DNA of 64,000 bases from Tubulanus polymorphus (lineage: Eukaryota; Animalia; Nemertea). The position numbers were made by a program, and so were the translations under genes. The notes beneath the pieces were generated by a model. That model did not search any database. It was not told the origin of the DNA and saw only the letters and a program-made list of their open reading frames with translations. The stretch is from contig NC_134033.1 of the NCBI RefSeq assembly GCF_964204645.1, forward strand, positions 5,976,231 through 6,040,230, read 5' to 3'. Below, in pieces: positions 60,801 to 64,000 of this stretch (positions are counted from its first letter, which is position 1; each line of letters starts with the position of its first letter).

Positions 60801-62790
60801 TTTGTACCGATATTTCGGATCATTTTCCTATTTTTACTGTCTGTAATCACGTCGAGCCCAAAATTGACCAAGAGGTGACTTCGAACAGAAACTATTGTGA
60901 ACGTAACATTTCAAAATTCAATAGAGCTCTTCTGGTCACTGATTGGTCGGATATCTATAGTAATGCAGACCCACAACTCTCATACAGCGCATTTAACACT
61001 AAATTCATGGAATTATATAATGAATGTTTTCCTTTTTCAATTCCCCGTAAAATAAACGAAAATAAATTACATAAACCGTGGTTATCATCTGGATTATTGA
61101 AATGTATTAAACACAAAAATCGCTTGTACAGAAAATCTTTGCGTAATAGATCACATTTGAAAAATTATTTGAATTACAAAAGTACCTTGTCTCGTACACT
61201 CAAATATGCCGAGAAAAAGTATTATGAGACTAAATTACTTGCAGCCAAATCCGACTTGAAAAAATCATGGAATATCTTAAACAGTCTAATTGGAAAATCT
61301 TCCAATGATCGGTGTAGATTACTTGCTCTTTCAAAAGGAACGGTATCGTTGTAAACGGCTATGAAAATATCGCTAATGAATTTAATTCTTTCTTTGTAAA
61401 TATTGGTAGCAACCTAGCCAATCAAATACCAGATACAGGTGTCCACTTCAGTGAATATCTGACAGATCCAGTAAATGAAAACTTTTTCTTTTTCCCGACC
61501 CACCCTGATGAAATCAGTCAGATTGTAAATGATTTCTCACCCAGCAAAGGCGCTGGTGCTGATGGTTTGTCTGTAAAAGTAGTTAAGAAAATAATTGATT
61601 CTGTAAAATACCCGCTAACTCATATATTTAACTGTAGCTTAAATTCCGGTATAGTGCCGGCTGAACTGAAGGTAGCGCGAATACGTCCACTCTATAAAGC
61701 TGGCAATAATGACTCTTTTGATAATTACAGACCGATATCCGTACTGCCTTGCTTTTCTAAAATTCTCGAAAAGATAGTGTATAATCGATTAACCGAATAT
61801 TGTAACAAGTTTCATATCATTCAACCAAACCAGTTCGGCTTTCGAAAGAACCATTCAACTGCCATGGCCTTAACATTGATAACTGATGAAATTTCACAAA
61901 ATTAAGAAGAAAACAAATCAACTATTGGGGTATTCTTAGATTTATCAAAAGCCTTTGACACCGTTGATCACGAAATCTTATTAAGAAAATTATGTTTTTA
62001 TGGAATAAGAGGCATCTCTAACAACTGGTTTGAAAACTATTTGAAGAATAGAAAACAATTTGTTCAAATTCAAAATTATAAATCCTCGTTATGTACCGTT
62101 AAAGCTGGAGTACCCCAAGGCTCAATTTTAGGTCCCTTGCTTTTTTTATTATATGTAAACGACTGTATTAAATTTTCTAATGTGTTAAAACTTATATTGT
62201 TTGCCGATGACACAAATGCCTTTTATAGTGACATTAATTTATACAGATTAGTACGTACAGTAAACATTGAATTATCAAAATTGTATACCTGGTTTCAAAC
62301 AAACAAGCTGTCATTAAATGTAAAGAAGACGTCATTTATGGTGTTCGGTAAACTATTGAAACATAACTTGAGAATATCAATTAACAATATAGAGATCAAA
62401 CAAGTCAATGTCACAAATTTTCTTGGAGTTTTTATTGACAGAAATCTAACCTGGGACGATCAAATAAAATCAGTTGAAAAAAAAGTTTCTTGAAGCATTG
62501 GTATAATAAATAGAGTAAGATATAAGCCGCCAGTGAGTTCTCTTCGTACCCTTTATTTGTCGCTTATTGATCCTTACCTCCAGTATTGTAACTTAGTTTG
62601 GGGACGAAATTTTGAAAATAAACTTCAGCCATTAATTGTATTGCAAAAAAGAGCTATCAGGCTAATTTCTAATTCCTATTATCTTTACTTTAATCAATCG
62701 AAGTGGTTAGAAAAATATATAGATTTCAATACTCAACAGAGAACCATATCAAAAACAGATTTTGAAAAAGATTTCTTCAAATTAATGAAT
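57866..62790 (+). pseudogene. pPolB (ZnF, OTU-like, Exo, EndoVII), in pieces 57866-59992 and about 62677-62790, interrupted by a LINE
   Basis: MGENEQ..YYCPYCKK..RHEKTENH; IGPAAI; KASSYIKLPF; RDHDHL..YRGAAH..CNL; LAKTSENYISFQFG; SSPGLTW; FNQSKWLEKYIDFNT..DFFKLMN. Collinear with 6967-10880. Confidence 0.9.
59993..62677 (+). mobile_element. LINE (CR1/L2-like) ORF2: AP endonuclease and reverse transcriptase, degenerate, 3'-truncated
   Basis: APE: LNIRS, GLTETW, IYRPP, MGDFN, IDNIF, SDHFP. RT: YRPISVLP, QFGFR, FLDLSKAFD, GVPQGSILGPLLF, FADDT. Confidence 0.92.
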
Positions 62791-63460
62791 ACATTCTGGG
62801 CATTTTTGTCTATCATATCTTGGTAATAGATCTTCATTAAGTTCTTGGTATTTTCTTACGTTTTCTTTATGTTTTATTGTTTAATTATGTAGATTTAAAT
62901 TACTTGTTGTAATAATCAATTTGCAATATTTGCAATAATATGTTTTTCTTACTAATTCATTATATTGTTTTTCCAACTTTTCAAGTGTTTCTTCATTATC
63001 TGGTAACGTTTTCTCATATTTTATTTTTTCTAATATTTTATTTTTTCTTTCATTAAATTCTGTTTCAAATTTCCTAGAAATTTTATCTATATGTACTTTA
63101 CAAAATTGAAGATTCTCCCAATCTTCTATATTTTCGGGCTATATTCTATTCGACAAGGCTCACAGAAATGATCTTTTATATCATTCTTATCAAAGAATAA
63201 GAAAGGTCTTTTCCAAATAATTTCAGATTCAACTTCAACAGAATTACTATTACTTTCGTTACTATCAACATTAACCTTTGTGTCATTAATTTTACACTTC
63301 TCTGAATGTTTTTTAACATAATTTCTTGAAAATAATTTATTACAATTTGGGCAGTTTAGTTTAGGGGGTTTATAATTTTTATCATGTTATTTCATATGTC
63401 GAGCCATATTACTTTTTCTTTGAAGTTCACCACAAATTTCACATCCTATCTTCTCATCTA
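62785..63460 (-). pseudogene. Multi-C2H2/U1-like zinc-finger protein of the Polinton
   Basis: GCEICGE..SNMARHMK*H; NCPNCNKLFSRNYVKKHSEKC; YYCKYCKLII..LHN*TIKH; CPEC. Same AT-rich composition as the element. Confidence 0.6.
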
Positions 63461-63464
63461 ATTA

Positions 63465-63890
63465 AAAGAATATAGAATATTTGTTGATTCTAGAAAACTG
63501 TTAAATTATAAATCACATAATTTACTAGTACAATTAGATAGAGAATTTAAGAATTGTTTAGATTTAAAATTAGTCAATATTAGTTTATGTAACTCTTTTC
63601 ATAATATATCAGATAAAAGTCTAGAACATTTAATTTTTTCAATCTTTTACAAAAAAAAGGAATAAATGGTTTTTTATATATTTAAAACCAGGATTGTATA
63701 ATTTAGATACATTAGCGCAAGAAATTAATAAAAAAGCTCGAGCTAAATTAGGAAGTGATTCCGGATTTAACATTAGATTTTCAAAAAGACATAGTTCTAA
63801 TAAAATAAAGATTAGGTTAGCTCATGATGAACAATTTAAATTTACAGTAAGAAAACCTTTAGCTAAACTGTTAGGAATTAACCCCTGTGA
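63465..63890 (+). pseudogene. Polinton minor capsid protein (penton)-like fragment
   Basis: HNLLVQLDREFKN..LKLVNISLCNSFHNISD..-PGLYNLDTLAQEIN..IRF..NKIKI..LAKLLGI pattern; frameshifted and cut by a palindromic insertion. Confidence 0.6.
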
Positions 63891-63985
63891 AGCTGGCTCC
63901 CGGTTCCCGGTTCCTTATTCGGCTCCCGATTCAAAAACATTTTGAATCGGGAGCCGAATCGGGAACCGGGAACCGGGAGCCGGCT
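63891..63985. repeat. GC-rich palindrome (probable MITE end) inserted in the penton-like gene
   Basis: GGCTCCCGGTTCCCGGTTCC..ATTCGGCTCCCGATTCAAAA / TTTTGAATCGGGAGCCGAAT..GGAACCGGGAACCGGGAGCC. Confidence 0.75.
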
Positions 63986-64000
63986 ACTGGTTCGGCTACC

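Larger units (their letters stand above)
57790..63890 (+). mobile_element. Second Polinton-type element of the same family, rearranged; right end not seen in the window
   Basis: Starts AGTAATTGGAATATGCCGTTTTCAGATCAGAGGTCGAGA (57790-57828), homologous to the 6365/12616 terminus. Followed by pPolB, a zinc-finger gene and a penton-like gene. Confidence 0.75.

Overview
AT-rich eukaryotic (animal, probably marine lophotrochozoan; inferred) genomic DNA, rich in transposon remnants. Host genes, reconstructed by hand from GT-AG sites and phases: (i) a 5-exon, 299-aa secreted protein with a PAN/Apple domain and an unnamed C-terminal domain (4760-19192, +), with the last two exons of a tandem paralog upstream (1573-2241); (ii) a 9-exon, 446-aa secreted protein with 6 ShKT domains and a vWA domain (25471-31848, -); (iii) two related intronless class A GPCRs, both disrupted. 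The most striking object is a 6,252-bp Polinton/Maverick-type element (6365-12616) in intron 1 of gene (i). It has a 6-bp TSD, and each terminal inverted repeat is itself a long fold-back hairpin with end-specific compensatory changes. It encodes a pPolB with an embedded EndoVII/HNH domain, a putative SSB and a second HNH nuclease, and lacks integrase and capsid genes (probably internally deleted). A relative with the same terminus starts at 57790; it is interrupted by a LINE and followed by a penton-like gene. A third Polinton remnant (MCP C-terminus plus adenain) lies at 52.7-53.4 kb. Other elements: three Penelope-like fold-back insertions with hammerhead-ribozyme cores, two MULE-like MITEs carrying a USP Cys-box-like mini-exon, Helentron-type (HINE) elements, and BEL/Pao, LINE and Harbinger fragments. 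No rRNA, tRNA or CRISPR is supported. Family assignments rest on motif recognition; no searches were run.
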